This document shows, piece after piece, positions 20,601-29,590 of a stretch of DNA of 52,770 nt. Origin of the DNA: Candidatus Saccharimonadota bacterium (GTDB lineage: Bacteria > Patescibacteriota > Saccharimonadia > Saccharimonadales > UBA10212); the NCBI GenBank assembly GCA_019662065.1, contig JAIFWC010000001.1, positions 1-52,770 of the forward strand. The letters are read 5' to 3'. Positions within the stretch are counted from its first letter, which is position 1; each line of letters opens with the position of its first letter. The translations under genes and the position numbers were made by a program. The notes beneath the pieces were generated by a model that did no database searches, was not told the origin of the DNA, and saw nothing but the letters and a program-made list of their open reading frames with translations.

Positions 20601-21520
20601 GTCTAACCCGCGTGGAAGAGCTTTTGGAAGTCCGCACACCTAAAGGCCAGGCTTATCTAACCGATATTTCTGGCAAGGTTAATGCCTGGGAAGAGGGCGA
20701 CCACTATATTGTTCAGGTCACTGCTAAAAAGCAAAAACCGATTGAATTGTCTTTAAGCGGTCGCGTAGCCCAAGTTAAAGATGGTGACGAAGTCAACATC
20801 GGCGACGTAGTAGCTGCCCAAGAAGACCACAGCGAGCCGCTAGTGGCGCCAATGACTGGTAAGGCCAATGTCGAAAAGACAATGATCACCATTACACCAA
20901 CTGCCAAAACCATGATGCGTTACGAAATCCCCGGCTTTAAACAACTACAAATCACTGACGGTGATGAAGTCGTGGCTGGTCAGCGTCTAACCAATGGTTC
21001 AATTAATTTACATGATTTATTGCGCTTGCAGGGCGTCGAAGCCACCCAGCGCTACATCATGAATGAAATCCTGTACATCTTTGCTAGCCAAGGCCAGACG
21101 ATTGCTGACAAGCACCTTGAGGTAATTGTCCGCCAGATGTTTAGCCGAGTCCAGATTGAAGATGCCGGTGATAGCGAGTTCATTACCGGAGACGTAGTTA
21201 GTAAGTTGGCCGTCGAAGAGGCTAATACCCAACTGTCGGCCAAGAAAAAGAACGTCGTTAAGTACAACCAGTTGTTGCTGGGTATCACTAAGGCTTCGTT
21301 GTCCACCGACTCATTCCTGTCTGCGGCTTCTTTCCAAGACACTACTCGAGTGCTAATTGCGGCTGCTACCAGCGGTAAAGTCGACCACCTATATGGCCTT
21401 AAAGAAAATGTGATTTTGGGTCGCCGAATCCCAGTCGGTACTGGCGCTAAACCACTAGCGGACGAGAACGAGGGCGCCGAAACCCTAAACCCGTTGGAAA
21501 CGGTTGCTTCAAAGGAGTAA
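17678..21520 (+). CDS. rpoC: DNA-directed RNA polymerase subunit beta'
   Basis: 1280 aa with the catalytic NADFDGDQM motif, starting 2 nt after the rpoB stop. Confidence 0.97.
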   Translation: MRQYSPSGTNIADFDAVRLAIASPDDILEWSYGEVTKPETINYRTQKPERDGLFCERIFGPVKDINPHDAKYKGVRSREAAVDKNGELVTRSIVRRERMGHISLAAPVAHIWFLRGTPSAMGLLLGMTVKNLERVAYFASYIIKSVDIANRDKIKADRQAENSAAEQAINLRYEDEAKKDGADMHTLAEARTKELEELAREFETFNTQIDGLEKFRLLSETDYRNLPEELRALISVGMGGAALKALLEEVDLLKLIDDLNKEAEEAKGQRKKKIMKRLRLLESMERAGIKPSSLTVSVLPVIPPDLRPMVQLTGGRFATSDLNDLYRRVINRNNRLKKLMELNAPEVIRRNEQRMLQEAVDALIDNNSTRSGRAVAATGQRRRLKSLSDMLKGKQGRFRQNLLGKRVDYSGRSVIVAGPELKMYQCGLPKTMALELFKPFVIGRLIDQELAHNIRSATRMIEANESAVWDALDEVIKGKYVLLNRAPSLHRLSIQAFQPVLIEGKAIQLHPLVCKGFNADFDGDQMAVHLPLSDAAQAEAREIMAANRNLLKPADGSPILHVEQDIVLGCYYLTYERPGAEKAKPRALSSIDEVVLALDEHEIQLQTAVEVPFRGEIRQTTAGRLLFNEIFPEDFPFQNEAMTNKKLDFVMTYTYQKYGQETTAEIADDLKDLGFRYATASGISIGMDDFSDLKVLKGIVDDGEKTATEVSHQYASGFITDEERYRLTVEAWTSVDSKVEKALAEQFATEDNTMSIAVASGARGNLSQMKDSVGMIGIRADATGRAMELPVRSNYKYGLNPLEYFTATRGTRKSLIDIALRTADSGYLTRRLVDVAQDVFTVEHDAEDPGFAIYRADSEAIGIPLAGRLEGRYSAKTIKRYVKEGELISAEAAQAIEADESVDSVLVMSVLSCTNARGVSQKSYGVDLATGELVANDYPIGVIAAQSIGEPGTQLSLDSKHRAGAVTAGDDVTQGLTRVEELLEVRTPKGQAYLTDISGKVNAWEEGDHYIVQVTAKKQKPIELSLSGRVAQVKDGDEVNIGDVVAAQEDHSEPLVAPMTGKANVEKTMITITPTAKTMMRYEIPGFKQLQITDGDEVVAGQRLTNGSINLHDLLRLQGVEATQRYIMNEILYIFASQGQTIADKHLEVIVRQMFSRVQIEDAGDSEFITGDVVSKLAVEEANTQLSAKKKNVVKYNQLLLGITKASLSTDSFLSAASFQDTTRVLIAAATSGKVDHLYGLKENVILGRRIPVGTGAKPLADENEGAETLNPLETVASKE

Positions 21521-21563
21521 ATTTGCTAAAGTTAACATTTGTATTTGGGAATAAGTAAGATAT

Positions 21564-21974
21564 ATGCCAACCATTAACCAATTGGTTAGAAAACCACGCA
21601 AAAGCTCCAGTGAAAAGAGTAAATCACCGGCGCTGCTTCGGGTTACCAATAATTTAAAGACCCGCAGCTACGAAAAAGAGTCACCATTTAAGCGCGGCGT
21701 TTGCGTGCGGGTAACAACTAAGACTCCCAAGAAGCCCAATTCGGCACTGCGTAAAGTGGCTCGTGTTCGCCTGACTAATGGCCATGAAGTCTGGGCTTAC
21801 ATCGGTGGCGAGGGACACAACCTGCAGGAGCACGCCGTAGTACTAGTGCGTGGCGGCCGGGTTAAAGATTTACCCGGCGTCCGCTACCACATTGTCCGCG
21901 GTTCGCTCGACTTACAAGGCGTCCAAAACCGCAAGCAGGGCCGCTCAAAATACGGCGCCAAGAGGCCCAAGTAA
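21564..21974 (+). CDS. rpsL: 30S ribosomal protein S12
   Basis: [12 protein letters not shown]... and [13 protein letters not shown] are present. Confidence 0.97.
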   Translation: MPTINQLVRKPRKSSSEKSKSPALLRVTNNLKTRSYEKESPFKRGVCVRVTTKTPKKPNSALRKVARVRLTNGHEVWAYIGGEGHNLQEHAVVLVRGGRVKDLPGVRYHIVRGSLDLQGVQNRKQGRSKYGAKRPK

Positions 21975-22453
21975 TGCCACGTAAGACTACCAAAGCCCTG
22001 ATAAGAGAAGTTGAACCAGACCGCCTATATAGCAGCACACATGTGTCAAAACTGATAAACCGGGTAATGCAAGATGGCAAAAAGCAACTAGCTGAGCGGC
22101 TGGTTTATAACGGCATGCAAAAAGCCGCCGATAAGCTCAAGGTCCAAAATCCGTTGGAAGTTTTTGAGCAGGCCATGAAAAATGTCCAACCACACCTAGA
22201 GACTCGCTCCCGCCGGGTTGGTGGCGCTAACTACCAAATCCCATTTGAAGTCAAAGGCCAGCGCCAACAGCACTTAACTACCATGTGGTTTGTCGAAGCT
22301 GCCCGGGCCCGCAGTGGCATGAGCATGGAAGACCGGATTGCCCAAGAACTAGCCGATGCTTATAACAGCACCGGTAGCGCAGTAAAGAAAAAAGAAGACA
22401 CCCACCGGATGGCCGAAGCCAACCGGGCCTTCGCCCACTTCGCCAGGAGCTAG
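21974..22453 (+). CDS. rpsG: 30S ribosomal protein S7
   Basis: [16 protein letters not shown]..., ANRAFAHF at the C-terminus, and a TAATG overlap with rpsL. Confidence 0.97.
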   Translation: MPRKTTKALIREVEPDRLYSSTHVSKLINRVMQDGKKQLAERLVYNGMQKAADKLKVQNPLEVFEQAMKNVQPHLETRSRRVGGANYQIPFEVKGQRQQHLTTMWFVEAARARSGMSMEDRIAQELADAYNSTGSAVKKKEDTHRMAEANRAFAHFARS

Positions 22454-22765
22454 ATGAGTGCGGAGCGAACAGCGGTTGACTATATGGTTAAGGTTGAGCT
22501 ATGCGAAGATTGCCCTTTGCGGGAGATGCACGCTAATGAGCCGGACTATATTAGGCTAAGCGGAACCACAGAAGACATGCAAAGAGAACTTTATATGCTG
22601 TCTGAAGGCCATGAGGAACTATTCTTGGTTGATGGTGTTCGGAGGCCAGAAGACATAATTGAGGCTTTTAACAGTTGCGATCAGCCTCACCAGCGTGATT
22701 CAATATTTCAGGCTTTTAAAGTGGTCTGCGGGGCGGTTAATTCATTAAAATTTGAGAGAAGCTAA
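22454..22765 (+). CDS. orphan acidic 103-aa protein inserted between rpsG and fusA
   Basis: The ATG abuts the rpsG TAG with 0 nt between them, and AGGAG lies 4 nt upstream. Possible metal ligands are C17,C20,H26 and C75,H79. I recognise no family. Confidence 0.6.
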   Translation: MSAERTAVDYMVKVELCEDCPLREMHANEPDYIRLSGTTEDMQRELYMLSEGHEELFLVDGVRRPEDIIEAFNSCDQPHQRDSIFQAFKVVCGAVNSLKFERS

Positions 22766-23071
22766 ATGGCGCACCGAAAATTTCCAAAACCTGTCTATGA
22801 GATGCTAGTTGATGAAAGATTCTCTAACATGGTTACTTTTGGAGCGAATGAGCATCAAAGTCGTGAAGAAGAGGTGATTGACTTCATCCGAGAGAGATTC
22901 ACCGGAATACCGGACTATAGCCTAAGGCTAGTGCGCCCTAAAGAGTATGGTAAAAAGAGACTGACTGGAATCAGGGCGCTTGCGGATACAGCACTGGATG
23001 AAGTCGTACAAAGGGTAGATATATCTGGAAAACTAGAGTTACTCAAATCAATCGATAGAACAACAGGATAG
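22766..23071 (+). CDS. orphan 101-aa protein inserted between rpsG and fusA
   Basis: The ATG abuts the upstream TAA with 0 nt between them, and the stop lies 2 nt before the fusA ATG. I recognise no family. AGR Arg and GGA Gly codons dominate. Confidence 0.6.
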   Translation: MAHRKFPKPVYEMLVDERFSNMVTFGANEHQSREEEVIDFIRERFTGIPDYSLRLVRPKEYGKKRLTGIRALADTALDEVVQRVDISGKLELLKSIDRTTG

Positions 23072-23073
23072 TA

Positions 23074-25161
23074 ATGGCAGAGAAGAAGTACGAATTAAAA
23101 AAATTCAGAAATATTGGCATCATTGCCCATATTGATGCAGGCAAGACTACTACTACGGAGGGTATTCTTTACCGTACCGGTTTAAAGCATAAAATCGGGG
23201 CCGTACATGAAGGTGAAACTACCACTGATTGGATGGCCCAGGAGAAAGAGCGGGGCATTACTATTACGGCCGCGGCTGTAACCTGTTTTTGGAAAGACCA
23301 CAAAATTAATATCATCGACACTCCCGGCCACATCGACTTCACAGTGGAGGTGGAGAGGTCACTGCGTGTATTAGATGGTGCTGTAGTGGTCTTCGACGGC
23401 AAAATGGGCGTCGAAAGCCAGTCGGAGACAGTTTGGCGCCAGGCCGACAAATATGGCGTGCCACGCATTTGTTTTATCAACAAGATCAACCAAACCGGCG
23501 GCGATTTTTATAAGAGTTTGGAGAGTATCCACCATCGCTTATCCAAGAGAGCATTTCCCATCCATTTACCAATTGGCTTTGAGCAGTCGGTTTCTGGCGT
23601 GGTAGACCTAATTAGTATGAAGGCCTACACCTACAAAGACTTCACTGATAAGAATCTGGTAGAGGGCGAAATCCCGGCTGATATGGCCGACCAGGTCAAA
23701 AAATACCGTAGTTTATTGATCGAGAATGCCGTCGCTGAAGACGAACAAATGCTCGAGAAATATTTTGAAGTCGGCGAAGAGGGTCTGTCTGAAGATGATA
23801 TCAAAAAAGCCATCCGCACTGCTGTTTTGAGCGGTAAATTCTTTATTGTTAGTGGCGGCGATGGCCGTGGCGTAATCGTTGAAAAGTTACTTGATTCGGT
23901 TGTCGAGTTTTTACCAAATCCATTGGACCGCAGCAGCACCTGGGGCGTAAATCCTAAAAATGGCGAAGAAGTCGAGCGTAAGCCTAGTCCCAATGATCCG
24001 TTTGCAGCCTTAGCCTTTAAAATCTCAACAGACCCGTTTGTGGGTAAACTAGCCTTCTTCAGGGTCTATTCAGGTAAAGTTACAGCCGGAAGCTATATCC
24101 TTAACAGTTCTACCGGCGAGAAAGAGCGGGTCGGCCGGATTGTGCGCTTACATGCCGACAAACGTGAGGACGTAACAGAAGTAGAAGCCGGCGATATCGC
24201 CGCAATTGTTGGCCTCAAGGGGACCACAACTGGTAATACGCTGTGCGATGCCAATAACCCAATTATTCTAGAGAGCATTACCTTCCCGGAACCACCAGTC
24301 AGCATTGCCATTGAGCCCAAGACCAAAGCCGACCAAGAAAAAATGAGTACGGCCCTACAGCGGCTGGCCGAAGAGGATCCAACCTTTAGGATTAAAGTCG
24401 ACCACGAAACCGGCCAAACAATCATTTCCGGTATGGGCGAGCTGCACCTGGAAATCATTGTTGACCGGATGAAGCGTGAATTTACGGTCGAAGCCAACAT
24501 CGGCCAGCCGCAAGTGGCCTATCGTGAAACTATCCGTCGTGACGGCGTTGAGCAAGAAGGTAAATTTATCCGCCAGTCCGGCGGCCGCGGCCAGTATGGC
24601 CACGTTTGGTTGCGTCTGTCCCAGAATGAATCTGGCAAAGGACTAGAATTCATCAACAGCATTAAAGGCGGCACAGTACCCAGCGAATACATACCTGCTG
24701 TCCGTTCCGGCATCGAAGAAGCCATGGCTAACGGCGTAATCGCCGGCTACCCCGTGGTAGATATTAAGGCCGAACTTTATGACGGCAGTTTTCACGACGT
24801 TGACTCTTCGGAAATGGCTTTCAAAATTGCCGGTTCAATGGCTTTCCAAGCAGGCGTCAAAAATGCCGCCCCGGTCCTACTTGAGCCAATTATGAAAGTT
24901 GTAGTGGTTACACCCGAGAGCTTCATGGGTGATGTCATTGGTGATCTTAACTCCAAGCGCGGGCGTGTCGAATCAATGGAAGACCTTAGTCCCGGCATCA
25001 AAGAAGTTACTGCCTTTGTGCCTTTGGGCGAAATGTTCGGTTATACCACCAATCTGCGTAGCGCAACTCAGGGTCGGGCCAGCTCCAGCATGGAACTCGA
25101 CCACTATGCCGATGTACCGCCTAACGTTGCTCAAAACATCATTGCCAAATCCAGCAAATAA
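23074..25161 (+). CDS. fusA: elongation factor G
   Basis: 695 aa with [20 protein letters not shown] and NKID (NKxD-type G4 motif). Confidence 0.97.
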   Translation: MAEKKYELKKFRNIGIIAHIDAGKTTTTEGILYRTGLKHKIGAVHEGETTTDWMAQEKERGITITAAAVTCFWKDHKINIIDTPGHIDFTVEVERSLRVLDGAVVVFDGKMGVESQSETVWRQADKYGVPRICFINKINQTGGDFYKSLESIHHRLSKRAFPIHLPIGFEQSVSGVVDLISMKAYTYKDFTDKNLVEGEIPADMADQVKKYRSLLIENAVAEDEQMLEKYFEVGEEGLSEDDIKKAIRTAVLSGKFFIVSGGDGRGVIVEKLLDSVVEFLPNPLDRSSTWGVNPKNGEEVERKPSPNDPFAALAFKISTDPFVGKLAFFRVYSGKVTAGSYILNSSTGEKERVGRIVRLHADKREDVTEVEAGDIAAIVGLKGTTTGNTLCDANNPIILESITFPEPPVSIAIEPKTKADQEKMSTALQRLAEEDPTFRIKVDHETGQTIISGMGELHLEIIVDRMKREFTVEANIGQPQVAYRETIRRDGVEQEGKFIRQSGGRGQYGHVWLRLSQNESGKGLEFINSIKGGTVPSEYIPAVRSGIEEAMANGVIAGYPVVDIKAELYDGSFHDVDSSEMAFKIAGSMAFQAGVKNAAPVLLEPIMKVVVVTPESFMGDVIGDLNSKRGRVESMEDLSPGIKEVTAFVPLGEMFGYTTNLRSATQGRASSSMELDHYADVPPNVAQNIIAKSSK

Positions 25162-25235
25162 TATAACTATAAAATAAGCAGCTTCTGCGAAAACCTCACA
25201 GAGGGAGCTTGGCTGTCTGAGTAAAATTCAAGCTT

Positions 25236-26798
25236 ATGGTAAGAAAAAAAATTTCAAAATTGCCGATCGTCCATCCGATTGTAAATAAATACATACGGAA
25301 GACCCCGCTTCAGGCACTCCGCTCAGTTGTTTCTAAAGATGGGATGGGCGTATATGCCAGCTCCGATACATTGTTTCGAGGCGCGGTTTTTGGCCGCGAT
25401 TCATTAGAAGTAGCTGAGGATTTAATCCTACTTAGACCCAGGCTGGTCAAAACGATATTGATAACAATGGCTTCACTGCAAGGCGAAGAATTTAGAGAGG
25501 ACAATGAGGAAGAGCCCGGTAAAATCCTTCACGAATATAGGCGGGCCGTAGTTGACCGCCGGCGACTCAAAGATACCAGCAAACACATCTTCGATACCTT
25601 ATCCGAACTATGGGGTGGTGATGAGAAAAGCGTCGTCTATTATGGCTCTTTAGATGCCACGCCACTCTTTATAAGGGTCTTGTGCCGTTATTGCGATTAT
25701 TATGGTCCGGAGATTCTAAAACGGCGAATTGTTTTACGTAGCGGACATCAAGTAAGCATGGGCATCGTTCTAGAAAATGCCCTAAGCTTCTTGCTCGGAG
25801 AGCTGAAAAGATCCAAGAGCGGCTTGCTTGAATACCGTCGGCTTGGTCCTCATGGACTTTTAATCCAAGCCTGGAAGGATTCTAAAGAATTTTATGTACA
25901 TAATAACGGCGAGCTAGCCAACCATAACCAACCGATTTCATCGATTGAAGTCCAGGCAATTGGTTATGATGCTTTAAAGCTGGCTTCTAAATACATACCG
26001 TCAAAACACAATATATGCGTAAGCGAAGCTACAAAGCTTAGGGATAAAACTATCGAATTATTGTGGCTTCCAAAAGCTAGCTTTTTTGCACTTGGCACAG
26101 ACTTCGATAGCCAGAACCGCTTAAGGATAATTGACATAGAAACCGCCAATCCCGCAGGACTTCTAGATAGCATGTTTTTTGATGATCTACCGCCCGAAGA
26201 TAGGCAAAAATATATAAGCGGAATAGCCCGTAATATAATGGGAACCCATTTTCTAACAGATGCGGGGATTCGCAGCAAGGGCTTGAGCGAGGCGTCTTTA
26301 ATTCCATTTTGGGACTATCACGGCTCCTTCACTACTTGGCCGAAAGAGACATATGATATTGCCAAGGGACTCAGGCGGCAAGGGTTTCCTAAGTTGGCCA
26401 CCGAATTAGAAAACCGTTTGCTAAACGCCATTAATGCCATCCGTAACTATTCGGAATTTGTGTATGTTGATTTTAGAGGTAGAGTGCTGGGCGCGGCTTC
26501 AGCGGCCCACCACCATGCTGAATTAGTTTTAGTGAACAGTGTTGACCGACCCGAAAAAATCCAAGCCTGGACAGTATCGGCTGTGGTTGCGATCTTAGCC
26601 AACCGCAAATACAAAAAACTGGTGCCTAGAATTAAAAAAAGAAACGACGCTAGTCCAGGCTGGCAGGACGAGATAGAAAGGGAGGTACTGGTCCATATAC
26701 CAGTAATGCCTTGGCTTAGGTCAAAACGGACCCTTTCGGCGCGTTATCCATCATACCCCTATGAAGTAAAAGGAAAAAAAGATAAAATTATAAATTGA
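25236..26798 (+). CDS. amylo-alpha-1,6-glucosidase / glycogen-debranching-enzyme-like (alpha/alpha)6 glycoside hydrolase
   Basis: 520 aa with GDE_C-type motifs FGRDS, PGKILHEY, YYGSLDATPLFI, QAWKDS, IEVQA and TDAGIRS. It uses a TGA stop. Confidence 0.75.
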   Translation: MVRKKISKLPIVHPIVNKYIRKTPLQALRSVVSKDGMGVYASSDTLFRGAVFGRDSLEVAEDLILLRPRLVKTILITMASLQGEEFREDNEEEPGKILHEYRRAVVDRRRLKDTSKHIFDTLSELWGGDEKSVVYYGSLDATPLFIRVLCRYCDYYGPEILKRRIVLRSGHQVSMGIVLENALSFLLGELKRSKSGLLEYRRLGPHGLLIQAWKDSKEFYVHNNGELANHNQPISSIEVQAIGYDALKLASKYIPSKHNICVSEATKLRDKTIELLWLPKASFFALGTDFDSQNRLRIIDIETANPAGLLDSMFFDDLPPEDRQKYISGIARNIMGTHFLTDAGIRSKGLSEASLIPFWDYHGSFTTWPKETYDIAKGLRRQGFPKLATELENRLLNAINAIRNYSEFVYVDFRGRVLGAASAAHHHAELVLVNSVDRPEKIQAWTVSAVVAILANRKYKKLVPRIKKRNDASPGWQDEIEREVLVHIPVMPWLRSKRTLSARYPSYPYEVKGKKDKIIN

Positions 26799-26834
26799 CC
26801 GGTTGGGAGGCCGAATTTTTAACGGAGTTTAATA

Positions 26835-27896
26835 GTGAAAATTGCTATTGTAGCTAGCCCGTTCGCTTCTGTTCCCCCCATTAAATACGGCGGCTCTGAG
26901 CGCGTAATTTATTACCTAATAAAAGGGCTGATCGAAAAGGGCCACGAGCCAATTCTTCTGGGGACGGGTGATTCGGACGTAGATTGTGATCTTATCCCGA
27001 TTGTTCGTAGGGCGATTTTCTTTCCCTCGGATTTAAAAAACATCGCCCTTTTTAATCGCCGGGTCAGGTTGATAGAAAAGCGCACCGAGCGAAAATTAAA
27101 AATGCTCTTGCCGGAAATTGATGTTATCCATTCCCATAAATTCGATTTAAAAGGCTTTGGTAGCTTTCCTAGCCTAACAACCCTTCATGACCCTTTTGTC
27201 CTGGACAGGCCAAAATATATCAATAACTTTCCATTGACATATTATAAAGAGCGAAAAAAACTCAACTATGTGGCGATTTCTCATAGCCAGCAAGCTTCCT
27301 ACCCGGATTTAAATTATGCAGGTGTTGTGTATAACGGCGAAGATCCTTCAGAATTTCCGATTGTCCTAAAGCCAAATAACTATGTCTGTTTTGTTGGCCG
27401 CTTCGACCGGGAAAAAAACCCTCACCTAGCTATCCAACTGGCTGTCAGTCAGGGTATACACATAAAGCTAGTCGGCAAATCAGACTATGGCAGCCGGAGT
27501 TATTTTAACGAGGAAATAAAACCTTATCTTGACCATCCGTTGGTAGAATTTCTCGGCGAGCTAGATAGAAGCGAAACAATAAAAGTACTAAGTAAAGCCA
27601 AATGTAACCTTCACCCCACCGGCTACCGCGAACCTTTCGGCCTAACTGTTATGGAAGCTGGGTATTGCGGGACGCCGACCTTAGCTATTGCTAAGGGGTC
27701 AATGTCGGAGCTGATCGAAGACAACAAGACCGGGATATTGGTTGAGGATTTTGTGCAAGGCTATCACGTCCTAAAAAAATGCTTTAGCTTGGACCGAGAA
27801 TACATAGCCACTAAAACTCGAAAAAGATTCAACTACCACAAGATGACACAAGACTATATCCATGCTTACCGCCGAGTTATAAAAACTTCTAAATAA
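26835..27896 (+). CDS. GT4-family glycosyltransferase
   Basis: 353 aa with a GTG start 8 nt after GGAG. The N-terminus is MKIAIVASPF...YGGSERV and the EX7E region is REPFGLTVMEAGYCGTP. Confidence 0.85.
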   Translation: MKIAIVASPFASVPPIKYGGSERVIYYLIKGLIEKGHEPILLGTGDSDVDCDLIPIVRRAIFFPSDLKNIALFNRRVRLIEKRTERKLKMLLPEIDVIHSHKFDLKGFGSFPSLTTLHDPFVLDRPKYINNFPLTYYKERKKLNYVAISHSQQASYPDLNYAGVVYNGEDPSEFPIVLKPNNYVCFVGRFDREKNPHLAIQLAVSQGIHIKLVGKSDYGSRSYFNEEIKPYLDHPLVEFLGELDRSETIKVLSKAKCNLHPTGYREPFGLTVMEAGYCGTPTLAIAKGSMSELIEDNKTGILVEDFVQGYHVLKKCFSLDREYIATKTRKRFNYHKMTQDYIHAYRRVIKTSK

Positions 27897-27900
27897 CCAA

Positions 27901-29478
27901 ATGGAAAAATTTATATCAGCCGAATCGGCTGGGAAAGCGCTCCAGGACTGCCGATTTTCTGGCGGTATAGCCGCCAGCACAATAGATGGGGAATTTGGAG
28001 GTGCTCGAATCACTCGTGACTACTTGGCAGTGATGTCTGATCTGATGGAATCCCAACCTGGACTCGTCAGAGAAGGATTTAGTCAAATCCCGAAGGAACA
28101 AGGGATTGAATTTGATTCGGCTACAGACCAACAACTTAATCGTCTGCCACATCAAGTTGCCTATAATATGTGGGACGGTCGCCGGGTTCCATGCTATGTA
28201 TCAGAAAATCGTAGAGAGTGGGCTAAGAAATGGGGAATTCCATTTGATGAACAAAACGGTTTTATAGTATGGAACCAAACCGACGCCAGCCAATATGTAC
28301 ACGAACTAAGACGATTTGTGGATTTGTATGGCACATCTGTCTTGAACGATAAATTTATACATAAACCAACTCAAGAAATTCGAACCGTTAAAGAAGCCGC
28401 GTTGCGTCAGCTAGATTGGATGGTCAGTGCAATCGAAGATTCCAACCTCGGGCTTTTAGAGGTCCAAGAATTCAATTCGCGCCAAACTAGTTGGAGTGGA
28501 GTAATGCGCGATGGATATGATGCTTATTTCCATCCTAAAGGCGAATACGGATATGCCGTTAACAAAGATAAACCAATCGCTTATTTCGAGAATCAAGCCT
28601 GGGCAACTCAGGCCTTCTTGGATGCTATCTATCTTTTTAAGCATGATGAGAGGTCTGAGATTTCCGGCAGGAGGTCAAAATGGCAAGATATAAGTCATGA
28701 TTTGCCGCAAAGAGCCTTTGACCTGTTTAGAATCGATAAAGAAGATTACTTCGCGGCGGCTATTGATCGTGGTGAAAATGGTCAACCACAAAAAGTAGAC
28801 CAAATCAGTGTCGATATAGCTAAAACACTCGCAGCCCCAGAGTTTTACCACAACTTAACTGACAAAACTGTTAACCCTGATGATGTACTAGCGGGCATCG
28901 TCCGTAAAATATTTAGCCCTGCATTCATGACGCCTGCCGGTCTACGCATGCTTGATCTTAGACATAGCTCTCAAGAGGGCGATTACTTTGCTTATCAAGC
29001 CTCAAAAGCTGTCTGGCCGTATATTCAATTTAAGCTTTCTAATGCCCTAAGGGGAATCCACTTGCCTGAATTAGCCCTCGAAATAGAGCTCAATAGAGCC
29101 ATACCAGCCATAGAGAATGCTAATTCATTCACGGAACTTGGCTGGGTCACGCCCGAGGGGATAGTATTGTATCAGCCGGCTCCAGATATTACTGAAAGTG
29201 CTATTGAGATAGCCGCAGAACAGTGGCCATCTCGTAATCAGGCCTGGACAATTTCAGGAGTCAGCGCAGCTCTAAGTGCAGCCAAAAAAAGATTTAAAAA
29301 ATCAGAGAGCTGGCATCGAAATGTAACTGATGAGGCTTTAGCCGGAATTAAAGACATTAAAAACATCAGCCAGCTGACAAGCGAAGAATTCCTGCCCTAC
29401 CGGATTGATTTCGAAGCTGGCCGTCGACTCGGAAGACAGCGAGCAATCGCTATGGGTGGAATAACTCTCTCCGAATAA
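27901..29478 (+). CDS. divergent GDE-like (alpha/alpha)6 glycoside hydrolase, paralog of 25236..26798
   Basis: 525 aa, collinear with the first copy: ITRDY/FGRDS, MRDGYDA/WKDS, FENQAWA/IEVQA, TPAGLRMLD/TDAGIRSKG and NQAWTISGV/IQAWTVSAV. Confidence 0.6.
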   Translation: MEKFISAESAGKALQDCRFSGGIAASTIDGEFGGARITRDYLAVMSDLMESQPGLVREGFSQIPKEQGIEFDSATDQQLNRLPHQVAYNMWDGRRVPCYVSENRREWAKKWGIPFDEQNGFIVWNQTDASQYVHELRRFVDLYGTSVLNDKFIHKPTQEIRTVKEAALRQLDWMVSAIEDSNLGLLEVQEFNSRQTSWSGVMRDGYDAYFHPKGEYGYAVNKDKPIAYFENQAWATQAFLDAIYLFKHDERSEISGRRSKWQDISHDLPQRAFDLFRIDKEDYFAAAIDRGENGQPQKVDQISVDIAKTLAAPEFYHNLTDKTVNPDDVLAGIVRKIFSPAFMTPAGLRMLDLRHSSQEGDYFAYQASKAVWPYIQFKLSNALRGIHLPELALEIELNRAIPAIENANSFTELGWVTPEGIVLYQPAPDITESAIEIAAEQWPSRNQAWTISGVSAALSAAKKRFKKSESWHRNVTDEALAGIKDIKNISQLTSEEFLPYRIDFEAGRRLGRQRAIAMGGITLSE

Positions 29479-29590
29479 TTCATTTATCGCTTGCTAATTC
29501 AACAATTTATTTTAGAATAATGGTATTAGTGAGTTCAATGAAAATTCGATAGCCTGCCTATTTGACGGACAGGGCATTTTTGCACCCGGC

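Noticed and set aside
25162-25235. Possible terminator hairpin after fusA (AGCTTCTG...CAGAgggAGCT).
   Set aside because: The pairing is imperfect with bulges and there is no U-tract, so it is too weak to call.
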